Below are positions 1 through 13,100 of a DNA stretch of 64,000 bases, piece by piece. Origin of the DNA: Takakia lepidozioides (Eukaryota; Plantae; Bryophyta); the NCBI GenBank assembly GCA_030704615.1, contig CM060733.1:73842001-73906000 (forward strand), written 5' to 3'. Both the position numbers and the translations under genes were made by a program. Position 1 is the stretch's first letter. Each line of letters opens with the position of its first letter. Under the pieces are notes generated by a model. The model did not search any database, was not told the DNA's origin, and saw only the letters and a program-made list of their open reading frames with translations.

Positions 1-469
1 GGCTGACAGCCATTGCTTGTATGTCCAAATTGCCCCGAGAAGTGGCAGCATATTGTAAATGTCTGCCTCCTCCATAAGGGCCAACACCTAAGTTGATGGT
101 TTGCAAACCGGGTGATCTTCCAAGTAAGCCCCCCATGAAATTCTAGTTGAGGGAGACAAGAAGTAGTGGGGCATTGAAGCCTCAAAGACTTCCTGAATCT
201 TGTATAGAACATAATTTCATGAATTTCCGGACTAGTGTTGGTACTACAACAAATCTTGACTTTTAGGTCTGTTATTTTCCATTCATATCAACCTTTTATG
301 ACTGCATGACTCCCAGTCAGATACACCCAGTCAGTTGCGACAAATGAGTCGTAAACGCCATAGAGTCGTATCTTCCAGTCGTGGTGCTCACTGTTGACGT
401 GGCAATAGGGACGCCTAATCATAGTCATAGATAAGACCGCAATAAATGACTGCTAATCCATGTCAGCTT

Positions 470-707
470 CACGTGGAACGGAAGGGATATGCCACGTGTC
501 ATGACAATGGGAAGGCGACAGGGTCTTCACGACTGGTATATACGACTTCTGCAGATTAACCCTAGGACAACACGTAGAGAAGATTGGACATGACACGTGG
601 CATGACAGGGTGAGGAGAGGGGGTCTTTCAAGACTGGCATGTATGACTACACGTGGAGAATATAGGACATGACACGTGGCATGACAATATGGAGCGGGAG
701 GGTCTTT
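470..707. repeat. Imperfect tandem duplication (about 78-bp unit) rich in CACGTG / GACACGTGGCATGACA
   Basis: GGACATGACACGTGGCATGACA...GGGTCTTT occurs twice (about 587-628 and 665-707); an inverted GCCACGTGTCATGAC lies at about 491. Possibly the end of another element, cut by the LTR at 708. Confidence 0.5.
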
Positions 708-1355
708 TGTCACGGCCCTTTGCCTTGAGGGCGGGGGGTCGGGACACAAGAGGGGCTGCCCCTATGGTGGGGGCAGTGGCAGCAAATAGGAAAGGGGGCT
801 GAAGCACCCTTGAGTGCCGAAGGCACTCAAGGAGGCGAAGGCACTCATTAGGTGGAGCCCCGCAATCGGGTGGCGGTGGTGGGGGCTCCACGAGGGGTGG
901 TGGTAGCGTAGGGAGTCGTAGTGGGGGTGGCATAGGACTCACCATGGGGCTGAGGCCTTGAGGTGGGAGTCGTGGGGAGTCTTGGGACTCACCACGGTCC
1001 ATTGGGGCCGTGGTGGATAGGCCAAGACTCACCGCGGCTCACCACTGGGATGATCGAGGGTCTAAGTGGTGGTGCACCAGATTTGGACTGTGCTACTTGT
1101 GGAATCCCCGTGGACACCTACAGAAGTATATATAGGGAGTAGTAACCCCGAGAATGGTGCAAGCCCGTTGGTGACAAAAAACTAGTGAGTAAGCGTGCGA
1201 GCCGGAAAGTGACCAAGGTGTGGGGAGCTGTTCCGGACTGCCATCTACCAAAGGGAATTTCCACTGAGCCCGACAGCTCGAGGGTCGAGTGGGAGTGTGA
1301 GGGGGACCGTTATGCCCCGGTGAGCAGCCGAAGCTTCGAGTTGTGGTGCGCGACA
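708..1355 (+). repeat. LTR (648 bp, TG...CA) of the truncated chromovirus
   Basis: Starts TGTCACGGCCC and ends GCGCGACA; similar to the LTRs at 26675 and 32911 but with a shorter, diverged 3' part; TATATATA at about 1127. Confidence 0.9.
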
Positions 1356-1357
1356 CT

Positions 1358-1369
1358 TGGTATCAGAGC
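1358..1369 (+). promoter_or_regulatory. Primer binding site, tRNA-iMet type
   Basis: TGGTATCAGAGC 2 nt after the LTR end. Confidence 0.9.
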
Positions 1370-1410
1370 TTAGAGTTCAGTACGCGATCGTCCTTGAGAT
1401 CGGCCTCACC

Positions 1411-2342
1411 ATGGGGTCGGGCAAGACAAAGCGAAAGCGGAACGACCCGAAAGACGATGATCCTGGTGAGCCCGATGGGAACGACGTGTCACCAAAGCGG
1501 CAAATGGAAGAGGCAATTTATACTTCTGAAAGCGAGGCCGCTCCAGAACAGGAGGAATTTGGGGAGTCAGAGCCGGAGGACTTCCCAGAGCCTCCGCTAG
1601 ACCAACAGATGTCTCCCATGCCAACAGCCTTTTGGGAAGGGTTGTTGGCGTAGTTTGGCGGGACGTTGAAAGACGTGATGAGGGCGGCTAATGCCACTTC
1701 CACTAAGGTGAAGTTTAAGGTGAAGCCTAAGGAACCCGGCACCTTCGAGGGCGTCCGAAATTGGAAGGCACTCAACACCTGGCTCTTGGAGCTGGAGCAG
1801 TACTTCCGGGCGGCCAAGTTGAGTGACGAGGATCGGGTGGAAGTGGCTCCCACCTATTTGAGGGGCTATGCTCAACAATGGTGGCAGTTCTAAGCGCCTT
1901 CATGACCAAGGACCAAACCCAGAAACCTTGAGCTGGAGTGGATTCAAGGAACTTATGAAAAGACAGTTTGTGCCCCTCAACACGTCCTGGCTCGCCCGGG
2001 ACAAGATGAGGAGCTTGAAGCAAACGGATGACATTTAGGGATATGTTTAGGCTTTCAATGTGCTATTGCTCGAGGTCGTGGATATGGCGGAACCAGAAAT
2101 GGTCTTCAACTTTGTGGCGGGACTGGCCCCATGGGCTAGGCGGAAGTTGGAGGAGAAGCCACCAAAGACTTTGAACGAGGCAATTGAAAGGGCCAAATGC
2201 TTCTCGGATGTCCCTAGGGGCGAAAGACAAGGCCGTACGGAGCTAAACCACAAGAAGGTCCGACGGGAGGGTGACTCCTTCCGACCGGAAAAGAAGTGGG
2301 ATAGGCCACGCGGCAACAATGGCACATGGAAATCGAAGGGAG
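1411..2342 (+). pseudogene. Retrotransposon gag, disrupted
   Basis: MGSGKTKRKR...[10 protein letters not shown]...WLLELEQYF...FVAGLAPW; stop codons at 1651 and about 2036 and a frameshift near 1890 relative to the copy at 27455. Confidence 0.88.
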
Positions 2343-2469
2343 CCCGGTTATCAGGTTCGGGGAATATTCTGGTAAAAATAGTACCAGGTAAAATACTGCA
2401 ACTTAAGCAGCCACGTCGCTGACATGGTGGCAGTGACAAATACATTTTGAAAATTAACAAAATGAACGT

Positions 2470-3382
2470 GACCGCCAATTATGGCGGTCGCTTTGTTTTC
2501 GAAATTAAAAAAGAAATAGCGACCGCCATAATTGGCGGTCGCTTCAATTTATTTATTTATTTTAAAGCAAGATTGGCGGTCGCTTTATTTTCGAATTAAA
2601 AAAAGAAACAGCGACCGCTATCTTGGCGGAAGCTTCAATTTATTTATTTTTAAAACAAAGATTGGCGGTCGCATTGGCAGTCGCCTATTTTTTTTTTAAA
2701 CACAAGCGACTGTCGTATTGGCGGTCGTACAATTTTGTAAATATGTATAGAACAAGCGACCGCCATATGGCGGTCGGATAATTTCAAAAATATATAAAAA
2801 AAAACAAGCGACCGCCATATGGCAGTCAGATAATTTCAGAAATATATTAAAAAAAACAGCGACCGCCATATGCGGTCGGTAAATTTAAAATTATATAAAT
2901 AGAACAAGCGACATATGAAAATAAAAGCGACCACCAGACCGGTGGTCGCTTGTTTTAAAACAGTACAATATTTGCGACCACCAAACCGGCGGTCGCGTCA
3001 ATTTTAAAATATATATTAAGTTTAAGCGACCGCCAGCCTGGAGGTCGCTTAAACTTGAAAATATAAAGATTAAAAACGACCGCCATACTGGCGGTCGCGT
3101 TTTTCAAAAAATATTAAAAATAAAAGCGACCACCATATTGACGGTCGCTTTATTTTAAATATATTAACAAATGAAGCGACCGCCATACCGGCAGTCGCAT
3201 TATATTTTGAAATAAAAAACAATAGTGACCGCCATATCGGCGGTCGCTTAAATTTAAAAATATACAAAATATAAGTGACCGCAATATTGCACAAAATGAA
3301 AGGAAATAAAAGCGACCGCAGTAGTGGCGGTCGCTTGTTTTTCATAAAAAATAAAAATAGCGACCGTAGTATTAGCGGTCGC
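2470..3382. repeat. Array of about 20 palindromes GCGACCGCCA-n(2-6)-TGGCGGTCGC with AT-rich spacers, about 50-bp period
   Basis: Units read directly at about 2470, 2519, 2611, 2706, 2757, 2808, 2859, 2927, 2974, 3026, 3077, 3126, 3176, 3225, 3312, 3360. Confidence 0.95.
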
Positions 3383-3779
3383 TTAATTTTAAAATTATAA
3401 CAAATATGGTTGTACAGCCTTTTTCGGGTGGACGCTATTGGTTCGTCATTTATTCATTTCACTTTCATCCTTCTTGGATCATATATAAGGGATGAGGGTC
3501 ACCAAGCTCCTCATTTCTTTTGGCGCAAACACTTGAGGTTGCTTTGGATGTTCTCTTCCATTGAACGAGAGTGTAGCCCAAGAGGAGGGTGCGCACCTTT
3601 TGCCGTTGTGGCTTCCACCAAAGCCACTTCAGCAGATTGTGTATAAGCTCAACACTACAACCCACATCGACCCACTTGGGTTGCTGACGGGTGTAGAAGT
3701 GTTGGGCTATCACATTGCACTCTACATTCACAACACGTTCATTTATAGGTGACTATTTTTTGTTGCTTACATCGCTAGG

Positions 3780-6154
3780 TCCCAGGGGAGTGGATATTGG
3801 GTGAAGATGATGGAGGAATGAAGCCCTTGGTATATGGCAATCCCGAACACTGTCAGTGCCACTGGTAGTGTTGAGTGCAACCTATATGGATTAAGCTTTT
3901 TTATCGTAAGGATCGGTTGTTTGCTCACCTCGGCTATAAAGGTGTGAAGATCGATGGGGTGGGTTTATGCCCTAAAGCATCTATACGGGTAAAAAGCCAC
4001 TTTGCCCAGTGTGGAGGCAATATTTCAATGTCTTTGGATCTGGACATGACTTCTGAGCAGAGCACTCCATCTTCCCGTCAGGATGCCCCGATTAATACCC
4101 AGGGTGACTCTTGTGAGGCTTCGGGTGTCCTTGGACAAGTGGGTTGTGCCGGAGCAACACCTGCTTCACCTCTTTGTACCCCTACACTTCAACAGAGTAG
4201 AAGATTACGACATCAATCCATGTATGAAGGTCTTAACTTGTCTGCGAAAAGACAGTTGGATAAAAAATGGGCGCAGTTTTTCTTCGAGGCCAACATACCA
4301 TTTAATGTGGCAAGGCTTTCGGCATTTGTTTCTGCCGTTAGAGCAACCTCGGAGTCCAGATCCACATACGTGCCTCCGACTTATCACAATCTCCGCACAT
4401 GATTGCTAGAAGACGTAATGACCGAGCTTACCCAAAAGGTCAACGATAAGACGGGCGAGTGCATCAGAAAATATGGAAGCACTATATGTGCCGATGGTTG
4501 GAGTTATGTTACAAACAGACCATTGTTCAATGTCATGCTCGTATGTCCAGTTGGAGAACAATTCTTGGGATCGGTCGACACTAGCGGCGAGAAGAAAGAT
4601 GGACGTTATCAATGCCAACTATTGACGGACTTCATCGAACAAGTCGGAAGTGATAGAATCGTGCAAATATGCACAGACAATGCTGCTAACATGAGAAACA
4701 CTGCAGATATGTTATTGGCACGTTATCCTCATATGTACTATCAAGGTTATGCTGCTCATATCCTTGACCTCATTTTGGAAGATTGGAAAAAAGAACAATG
4801 GGTGAAACAACTTATCAAGTGAGCGAAGACTGTTGTGTCATTCATCCGCACACACCACATCCATTTGGTAATATATATGAGGCACGAACCCAAATACAGC
4901 CTCCGCAATCCAGGCGAAACTCGTTTTGCCACTAACTTCTTGATGGTGGATCGGTTGGTGACGGTGAATAGCAGTATGGGCAAAAGTCGAAAAATTTGAA
5001 ATAGCATTCGCAGCGATGATTTCTGGAAGAAATGTGAAAACTTTGTTTATATGGTAGAACCGGTGTTAATCGTCTTGCGGGAGTTTGATGGAAAACAACC
5101 AGTAATGGACAATGCATGGTTACTAATGCAAAATCTTGATAAGCACGTCCAATCCTTGAGGCATCATCTCTTCTCCTTGGAACCTGAACTTACGGACAGT
5201 GCTGAGGATGCATTTTACGACCGTCGTTTGATGATTCGAACGGACTTGCATTATGCGGGGGCTTTGCTCGATTCATTCTTGCTCGACAATACCATGCTCC
5301 AAGACGACGTTGATGCCAAGGTCGGCCTCGTGCGAGTGCTCATGCGACTGGCTCCGCCGAACCATGCAGAGAGAGCTATATTCGAGTACCAATGCTTCTC
5401 AGATCGCCGCGACCCTTTTGAGGACATGCCGGATCCAAAAGAGCTGATTGGAGCTGGAGCAAGAACATTGGCTCCAATTACGAAGCGTATTCTTGCTCAA
5501 GTGTGCTCTACCTCATCTTGCAAACGCAATTGGAGCAGTTACTCATTTATTCACAATAAGATTCGCAACAAGTTGAATCCCGCGAGGGCTAACAAATTGA
5601 TGTATGTATATACCAATTGCCGACTGGTATGTGAGAGGGCAGCGGATGATGTTGCAGCATGGTATGAGAGGAATTTGCATTCCGAAGACTCTGCTTCTGA
5701 GGTTGATTCGATGAGTGACGATACTGAGCCTCAGAGAGAATCATTTGCCTCCGATAGTGAAGATGGATCCGATGATGCTCCCAAAAATGTATATGACCCG
5801 TTTACATTAACAGAGGATGATGCTTATATCCAGCCGACCTTTGATGACCTTCTTGAAGAAGTGCGTATCGCAGATGAAGGTGAAGCTGCAATTGTGTCAT
5901 CCCCAGAACATGGTCCTCAAAATGAAGTTGGGGTCGACCCTCCTAATGTCGGTCCATCTCGGGCAGACCCCCCTCCAATACATCCTTCGAGACCACCTTC
6001 GATTGCATCCCAAGTCCATAAACGACAGAGAACAGTCCAACCTTTTGTAGGCGATCGGCCCACAAACAGGCCAGATACTGTGGATGGTATTCAAGACCGG
6101 AGTGAGAGTCGACCTAAATGTGGTTCGAGGTCGCTTGCAGATTCAAAGGCCTAG
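3780..6154 (+). pseudogene. hAT-superfamily transposase (BED-like N-terminus, DUF659, hAT C-terminal dimerisation domain), disrupted
   Basis: RLFAHLG...GVGLCP; WAQFFFEANIPFNVA; GSTICADGWS; VQICTDNAANM; AAHILDLILED; PGETRFATNFLMVDRL; KRILAQVCSTSSCKRNWSSYSFIHNKIRNKL. Stops at 4400 and 4820 and a probable internal deletion near 4980. Confidence 0.9.
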
Positions 6155-6572
6155 ACATATGAGGTCGGATAGGGAGGACGATTCCAGCACTGATCATGGC
6201 AATGGTGGTGAAGTCGAAGGTGACCCGGATTTTCAACCCATCGGAGCATTAGGATTATGATCTTCTTTGTCCCGTCGTCGAAGCAGTAGAAGAAATTGAA
6301 GCAAAACAGGTGTAGGCACGCATCAGTACATTTTAGTGGACATGTTTATATTTCTGTAGTGAAGTAATACCAGTGTGATCATTGTCACTATGAATATTTG
6401 TATTGCTGTTGTGTATGTGTTGGAAAATAAAAGATGTTGCCCATGTGTATACCAGCCAAAATGACGGCCAAAGGCACCGTCACTTGCTCATGTTTGTGTT
6501 TGGTGATTTGCTTATGGAATAGAGAACAATTGTGCCATGCTTCCAACTCTGCATTCATTTTTATTTTAATGC

Positions 6573-8982
6573 AGCGACCGGCATCACCGGCGGTCGCATT
6601 TGTTTTTTATTCTTTGTAAATGCAGGGAACGTGATGTAATAGCGATCGTCTTTTGTTTGTTCGTAAAATTATCGGTGGTCGCTTTAATTTCTATTTTTTC
6701 TGAAAATCCAGTGACCGCCAATAGTGGCGGTCGGTTGTTTTTTTTAATTTTGGAAAATGGATCGACCGTCATATTTTGCAATCACTTTTTTGGGATTTTT
6801 AAATGGAGCGACCGCCAAGGTGGGCGGTCGCTTTTACGAAGTGTGCCCTGCGCATGGAGCGAGAAGTGAGGCGGGAGAGGGGGGCATATAAGCTCCGACT
6901 CATTCTCCCCTCATTTCCATTACAGGCGGTCGCTTGAAGTTTTTTTTGTTTTTATAAATGCACCGACCGCCATTACTAGGGGTCGCTGTAATTGTTCTTT
7001 TTAAAAATGCAGCGACCGCCATTACTGGCGGTCGTTTTTTTTTCTTTTTTTTGGTGAAATGGAGCGACCGCCATTTGTGATGGTCTTTTTTTTTTGTTTT
7101 TAAATGGAGCGACCGCCAAGGTGGCGGTCGCTTCTACGGGGTCTGCCCTGCGCGTGGAGCGAGGAATGAGGCGGGGGGGGGGGGGGGGGGGGGGGCGGCA
7201 TATAAGCTCCCAATCATTCTCCCCCCACTTCCATTACTAGCAGTTTTTGTTTTTACAAAATGCAGCGACCGCCATTTCTAGCGGTCGCTGTAATGGTTAT
7301 TTTTAAAAATGCAGCGACCGCCATTACTTTCGGTCGCTTTATTTTTTTATTTTTGGAAATGGGGCGACTGCCATTACTTGCGGTCGTTTTTATAAAAAAA
7401 AAATGGAGTGACCGCGAAGGTGGCGGTCGCTTCTACGAGGTCTGTCCTGCGCGTGGAGCGAGGAATGAGAAGGGGGGGGGGGGTATACATAGTGGTCGTT
7501 TTTATTTTATTTATTTTGGAAATTAAGCGACCGCCATTACTGGCGGTCGCTTTTATTTTAATTATTTTGGAAATGAAGCGACCGCCATTACTGGCGGTCG
7601 CTTTTATTTTAATGTTTTTGGAAATGAAGCGACCGCCGTTACTGGCGGTCGCTTTTTTGTTTTTTGGAGGAAAATGGAGCGACCGCCATTAGGGGTGGTC
7701 GCCTTTTTGTAATTGCAGCGACCGCCATTAGTGGCGGTCGCTTTTATTTAAATTTGGTTGGAAATGGAGCGACCACCATTTGTGGCAGTCGCTTTTATTT
7801 TAATTATTTTGAAAATAAAAATGGAGTGACCGCTAAGGTGGCGGTCGCTTCTACGAAGTGTGCCCTGCGCATGGAGCGAGGAGTGAGGCGGGGGGGGCAT
7901 ATAAGCTCCGACTCATTCTCCCCTCACTTCCATTACAGGCGGTCGCTGTAAGTTTTATTTTATTTTATAAATGTAGTGACCGCCATTACTGGCGGTCGTT
8001 TTTTTTCTTTTTTTTGGCGAAATGGAGCGACCGCCATTTGTGGCGGTCCTTTTTTTTTGTTTTTAAATGGAGCCACCGCCAAGGTGGCGGTCACTTTTAC
8101 GAGGTCTGCCCTGCAAGTGGAGCGAGGAATGAGGCCGGGGGGGGGGGAGGGGGGGCATATAAGCTCCTAGTCATTCTCCCCTCACTTCCATTACTGGCAG
8201 TTGTTGTTTTTACAAAATGCAGCGACCGCCATTTCTGGCGGTCGTTGTAATGGTTATTTTTTTAAATGCAGTGACCGCCATTATTGGCGGTCGCTTTTAT
8301 TTTTTTATTTTTTGAAATGGGGCGACCACCGTTACTTGCGGTCGTTTTTGTTTTTGAATGGAGCGACAGGGCGGTCGCTTCAACGAGGTCTGTCCTACGA
8401 GTGGAGCGAGGAATGAGGGGGGGGGGGGTATACATGGCGGTCGTTTTTATTTTAATTATTTTGGAAATGAAGCGACCACCGTTACTAGCGGTCGTTTTTT
8501 TGTTTTTTGGAGGAAAATGGAGCGACCGCCATTAGGGGTGGTCGCCGCTATTATTGTTTTTTGTAATTGCCCGCCATTAGTGGCGGTCGTTTTTATTTAA
8601 ATTTGGTTGGAAATGGAGCAACTGCCATTTGTGGCGGTCGCTTTTATTTTTAAAAAATTGAAAATGAAGCGACCGCCGTTACAGGCGGTCGCTTCTCTAT
8701 ATTTTGGAGGAAAATCGAGCGGTCGCCGCAATTGGTTTTTTTTTTGTAAATCCAGCGACCGCCACTACTGGCGGTTGCTTTTACTAAAAATTTGTTGAAA
8801 ATGGAGCGACCGCTATGACTGGTGGTCACTTTTATTTTAATTGTTTTGAAAATCAAGCGACCGCCATTACTGGCGATCGCTTCAATTCTTAATGTCTCCG
8901 TAAATGTAGCGACCGCCTATGTTGGCAGTCGCTTATTTATTTTATTTGCGGAAAATGGAGCGACCGCCAAGTTGGCGGTCGC
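6573..8982. repeat. Second array of the GCGACCGCC/GGCGGTCGC palindrome (roughly 45-50 units) with a higher-order repeat
   Basis: Same core as 2470-3382. About 7 recurrences of the cassette CTACGAGGTCTGCCCTGCGCGTGGAGCGAGGAATGAG-(G)n, several continuing CATATAAGCTCC...TCATTCTCCCC. Confidence 0.95.
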
Positions 8983-9350
8983 TTCTAGAAGATTCGCCCT
9001 GCACGTGGCCCGAAGAATGAGGGAGGGGGGGATATAAGCCAAAGGAGGCTCATTCTCCCCTCACTTCCTCTCCACACAACTTCTGTGTGCGTGACATTTC
9101 ATTATTCCACGACACGTAGTCACGTGGACAAGGAGGCCATTGGTTGGGTGGGGGGTATTTTTTGCCGCGATTTCTGTGAGGTCGTTACAGAATGCTCCCA
9201 TAGGCCCTCCTCTGGCTTCCAGGATCATTTTATTCTACAAAATTAGCTTTTAGGAACTATTTTGACACCTACTCAAACTCGTTTAGGGTGAAGGGTTTAG
9301 AGTTACGTCTTAGTAGTAACCTCGTTTAGTGTTGCTCCGATTGTTGCAGA

Positions 9351-11535
9351 ATGGCAAAGGGCTAGGACGATGACCGTCATGGAAGAGATGACCCCAATGA
9401 ACATGGACCGCCGCCTAAGAAAATCAAAGGGTCAAGGCAAGACTTGAATTGGGAAGTATATGGTGACCCTAGCAGGCTGGGAGGATGTTCCGGAAGAGTT
9501 CAGGTGGCCGATGGCGAGATGCAAAAAATTCATGAAATGGTACCACATCAATCGATTGTGGCCTTTGGATAGGCATTATGTGCAAACCCGAAACAATTAC
9601 GCAGAGTCCAGGTCTTGCACGAACTTGCATTTCCAGCATAGGGCGAATGAGGTGCATTGCACATTGTGGGATCAACTTGTCTTAGAGGGCCAAATCCCGT
9701 ACACCTTGGTAGCCATGTTGTACGTGGAGGTCATACTCTTGCGTCCAGTGAATTGGCAAACTGCTAGTAGGAGGAACGCAAGGTTGTTATACAATTTGGA
9801 GTACATCCCGGACACGTTCGGAATACAACCGGCTGCAACGTTAGAGGAACAACTGGCGGAAAGAGACCAGCGAATCAAGACCCTGCAGGACCGACTAGAC
9901 TGATAAACACTGCGCATAGCCGAGTTGGAAGCTAGATTGCAAGACATGCCTCCAAACAATGAAGGCACTGTTGTCCACAATAAGGATCGAACAAATGTCG
10001 TGGACATGGACGCGGAGTTTGCGATGCCCGATCGCAGTATTGACCTCATCATTCACGAAATTATGGACGTCCTTGATCCTATGGCCGATGAAACCATGGT
10101 TGAGGAACAGCGAATTGCGGATGAGAGAAGGAGGAAAAGAAAAGAACCAGTACTAGAAACCGGGGAATGCTCGAGGGTCACCATTCAATCCGAGATGAAC
10201 CCGATATTAAATGTCGACCGCATTACAAAGGAGCGGGACATTGCCATGGCAACTGCATGGCGCTTATCCAAAACATTAGAGATTCGGTGCATGGATCCCA
10301 TTGAATGGCGATTGGGAGAATTGGGTACAATGGGCGACCCATTTGGCCTCCAGAGAAGCACGGGTAGAGCGGGCACTGTCGGGCTTGCAACGTGTCGCAC
10401 GCATGTCGAACCGTAGCATGGATAGCATTTATGCCAACATGCAAAGGTATAACGATCTCCGCATCGCATCAAGCGTGTTCGCTGGGTATACCAATTGGGC
10501 AAATGTGGATTCTATGTTCGATCGATGTGAGCACAAAATTTCGGGGTCGAACAGAAGCATAAACTGGGAATTGGAGATAGAGAAAGAGTGAGACACCACA
10601 ACAAGGATGACCAGCCACATCAAACCGGCCCAGAGGGAGGAGATACCACGAGGCGTTTTGCCGTCATGGATATCAGATGGCACAGTTTCTTCGATGTGTA
10701 GGAATCCATATGGCCCAGAGGGATGTCATGTGCTTGGATCATGTGGACATATGTTCCATCTCACATGTCTTATCCCGCAAGCCTTGCGGATGAGCGCTTG
10801 CCCAGAATGCCGTACACCAATCCATCGTCATTTCTATGAGCTGGTGGGCTTAGAGGATCGGATGCCCATAGGTTTTGAATACAATCGACACAACCTCCCA
10901 TTGGATGGGCTACCATTCACATTTCTAAATTGTGTGCATTGGGGCAAAAACTTGGTATGGGATGCAGACAGAGATATGCATGGCATATATGCCGGAAACC
11001 CGGCATACATCAAAGATCCCCAGTATTTATGGGTCACATCTGACTGGGATATAACCATACGTGCGGGAAGCATTCGAGATTGGTAAGAGAGGAGTAGTTT
11101 TGCCGCAATCTGGGAGGGCATTGGAGTCAAAGAAGGTCCAGGTTTATCCGGCTCCCACAGGTTCCATGGGTGTCGGAGGAGAACGAATTGTATGACCGAC
11201 AACCGATTGGGAGACATTTGTTGCTGTCCGAACTGGAAGATGCTATAATATGTCAACGCCGAATGAATGAGGCGTACGAGACGACTTATCGTCAAAACGA
11301 CACAATGATTAGGGACAGGGCCCGCGAGAGGCAGTTGGAAAGTTTCAAAAGTACCATCAAGGCAGTTGTAGAGAAATGGAGGCGACTATGGACAGACCGT
11401 TATCGTCGTGTTTTGGGGGCTCTATTGCCGGATGTAGACGGCCTTGTTGCCAATTTGCATGCAGCCCGAGCACTTGTTCTCGATCCACCTCCCCCACGTC
11501 GTGAGAGTGAAGAAGAAAGTCAATTTTCGCCGTGA
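9351..11535 (+). pseudogene. Disrupted gene: unknown N-terminal domain, coiled-coil-like region and RING-H2-like zinc finger; probable transposon cargo
   Basis: Consecutive ORFs 9460-9903, 9925-10416, 10301-10591, 10607-11086 and 11170-11535, joined by single stops or frameshifts. CRNPYGPEGCHVLGSCGHMFHLTCL...CPECRTP is RING-like (first Cys degenerate). TATAAG at about 9033 and an acceptor-like TTGCAG just before the ATG at 9351. Confidence 0.65.
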
Positions 11536-12088
11536 AGTAGGCGGATGCAGGCCAGAATTGATCACATGCCATTGGGCCCCTCATTGACCACGAGATCACG
11601 GTCGCAAGCTCTGGCAATTGGCAGTGCAAATCAGGCCACAACATCAAATCCCTTGTCCCAGCTGAAGCAGAAGAAGCATGAAACTGTTGAAGAGTATATG
11701 GAGAAGATGGAATTGATGATGAAAAAGCTGACGCAGTACCAGCGCCCGGTTTACAGAAGACTTGGTTTGTGAGTGGATTAAGACCAGAGTTGCAAAAGAA
11801 AGTGGATATGTTACCCCATAATACAGTGGAGGAGGCATTTGAAACTGCGAACAGAATTGAGCAATTGGGAATGCTCAGGAGAGAGAAAAAAGAAGATGAG
11901 GACTCTGAGGATGAGTCAGATGAAGAAGAAGAGCAAGAACTAAAAAGAAAGAGTAAGAGAAAGGAGAAGTTGAAGAGGGATAACTATGAAAAAAAATTGG
12001 AAGAAATCTTGAAGAAGTATGCCACAGAGGCTGCAACACATTGGAGGAAGGGTGTATGGTGTGCAAAGTGCCAGAATGAAGGCCATAC

Positions 12089-13100
12089 ACTCCTCTTATT
12101 AATCCCAATGGCTGCACACTTCTTTGATCTGCCATTGTTACTGTAAATGGGGCTGGTTTCATGTTACTTAGACCAAGCTTCTTCCTTAATTGGTCTGTCA
12201 TGATATTTACTCCAGAACCACCATCTATCAGTACATCTGTTAGTTCTGTGCTTCCAATTCTCAATTGGATTACTGGCATAGAATCATCAAAGTCCATGAC
12301 TGTTTCTCGCCCTTCCGGCTTCACATTATAACTGGTCACCTTGCTGTTCAGGTCTGTGTTTCCTGTCTCTTGGGCAATTCGATTGATTGCTTGATACAGC
12401 CTGTGCCTACAATAAGGTGCCACAGCTAATAGCTGTCCAATGGTAATTTCTGCTTTGGTCTGACATATTACTGCAGCCAAAGTCTCTTCATTACTTTGCA
12501 TGTCTGCATCTTCTTTTTTCCTTTCTTCCTCACTCCCTTCTTTTTCTCCATCCGAATAAGAGGAATCTGCCACAGAATATCAGTACTCTTTTGCATTTCC
12601 CTTATAGTATCTGCCACTTCCTTGTGCAGTTCCTTCTCATCTTTCCAAGTCTCTTCATCTTCAGGCATATCATTGCCACTTCCAGTCTCATCTTCTTCCT
12701 CTTCTACTGGAGGTATTAGTTTGGCTTTACTTCTTGTTACTATCATTGTACTTACTTCTGGTACAACACATGGCCTAACCATGTGAGCTGCCACCACTGG
12801 GCCCTCATTCACAGGAGCTCTCATCTCATTCTGGTGTCTTATCCAGAATGAACAGGCTGCCTTGCGATGTCTTGGCTGATTACAATAGTAACATAGCTCT
12901 TCACCATTGGGTCCTCGCCCTTGGTCTGTTCTTGGATTATTTCTATAATCCTGATTCCCGGGCTGGTAATTCCCCCTTGGATTACCCTGATAGTTGCCTC
13001 TGGAATTTCCTTGGTAATTCCCTCTTGAATTACCTCTCCCTTCCATGCCATTGTTATAACCACCAGACCTACCATAGTCTGTGGTGTAGTGACAGCAACA
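12089..13100 (-). pseudogene. Inverted segment of the same Ty3/gypsy polyprotein: zinc knuckle and aspartic protease
   Basis: Minus-strand GNYQGN repeats, CYYCNQPRHRKAAC, ITIGQLLAVAPYCR, and VLIDGGSGVNIM...MADQRSVQPLGLI. Confidence 0.88.

Larger units (their letters stand above)
708..2342 (+). mobile_element. Truncated Ty3/gypsy chromovirus (5' LTR, PBS, degenerate gag), same family as 26675-33634
   Basis: Colinear with about 26675-28381; homology stops after AAATCGAAGGGAG at about 2342; no pol or 3' LTR follows. Confidence 0.92.

Noticed and set aside
2470-8982. CRISPR or REP-like arrays around the hAT gene
   Set aside because: Spacers are low-complexity A/T runs related to each other; no cas genes; eukaryotic context.
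6434-9037. ORFs with KRPPLLAVAF / ATAI repeats
   Set aside because: By-products of the GCGACCGCC array.
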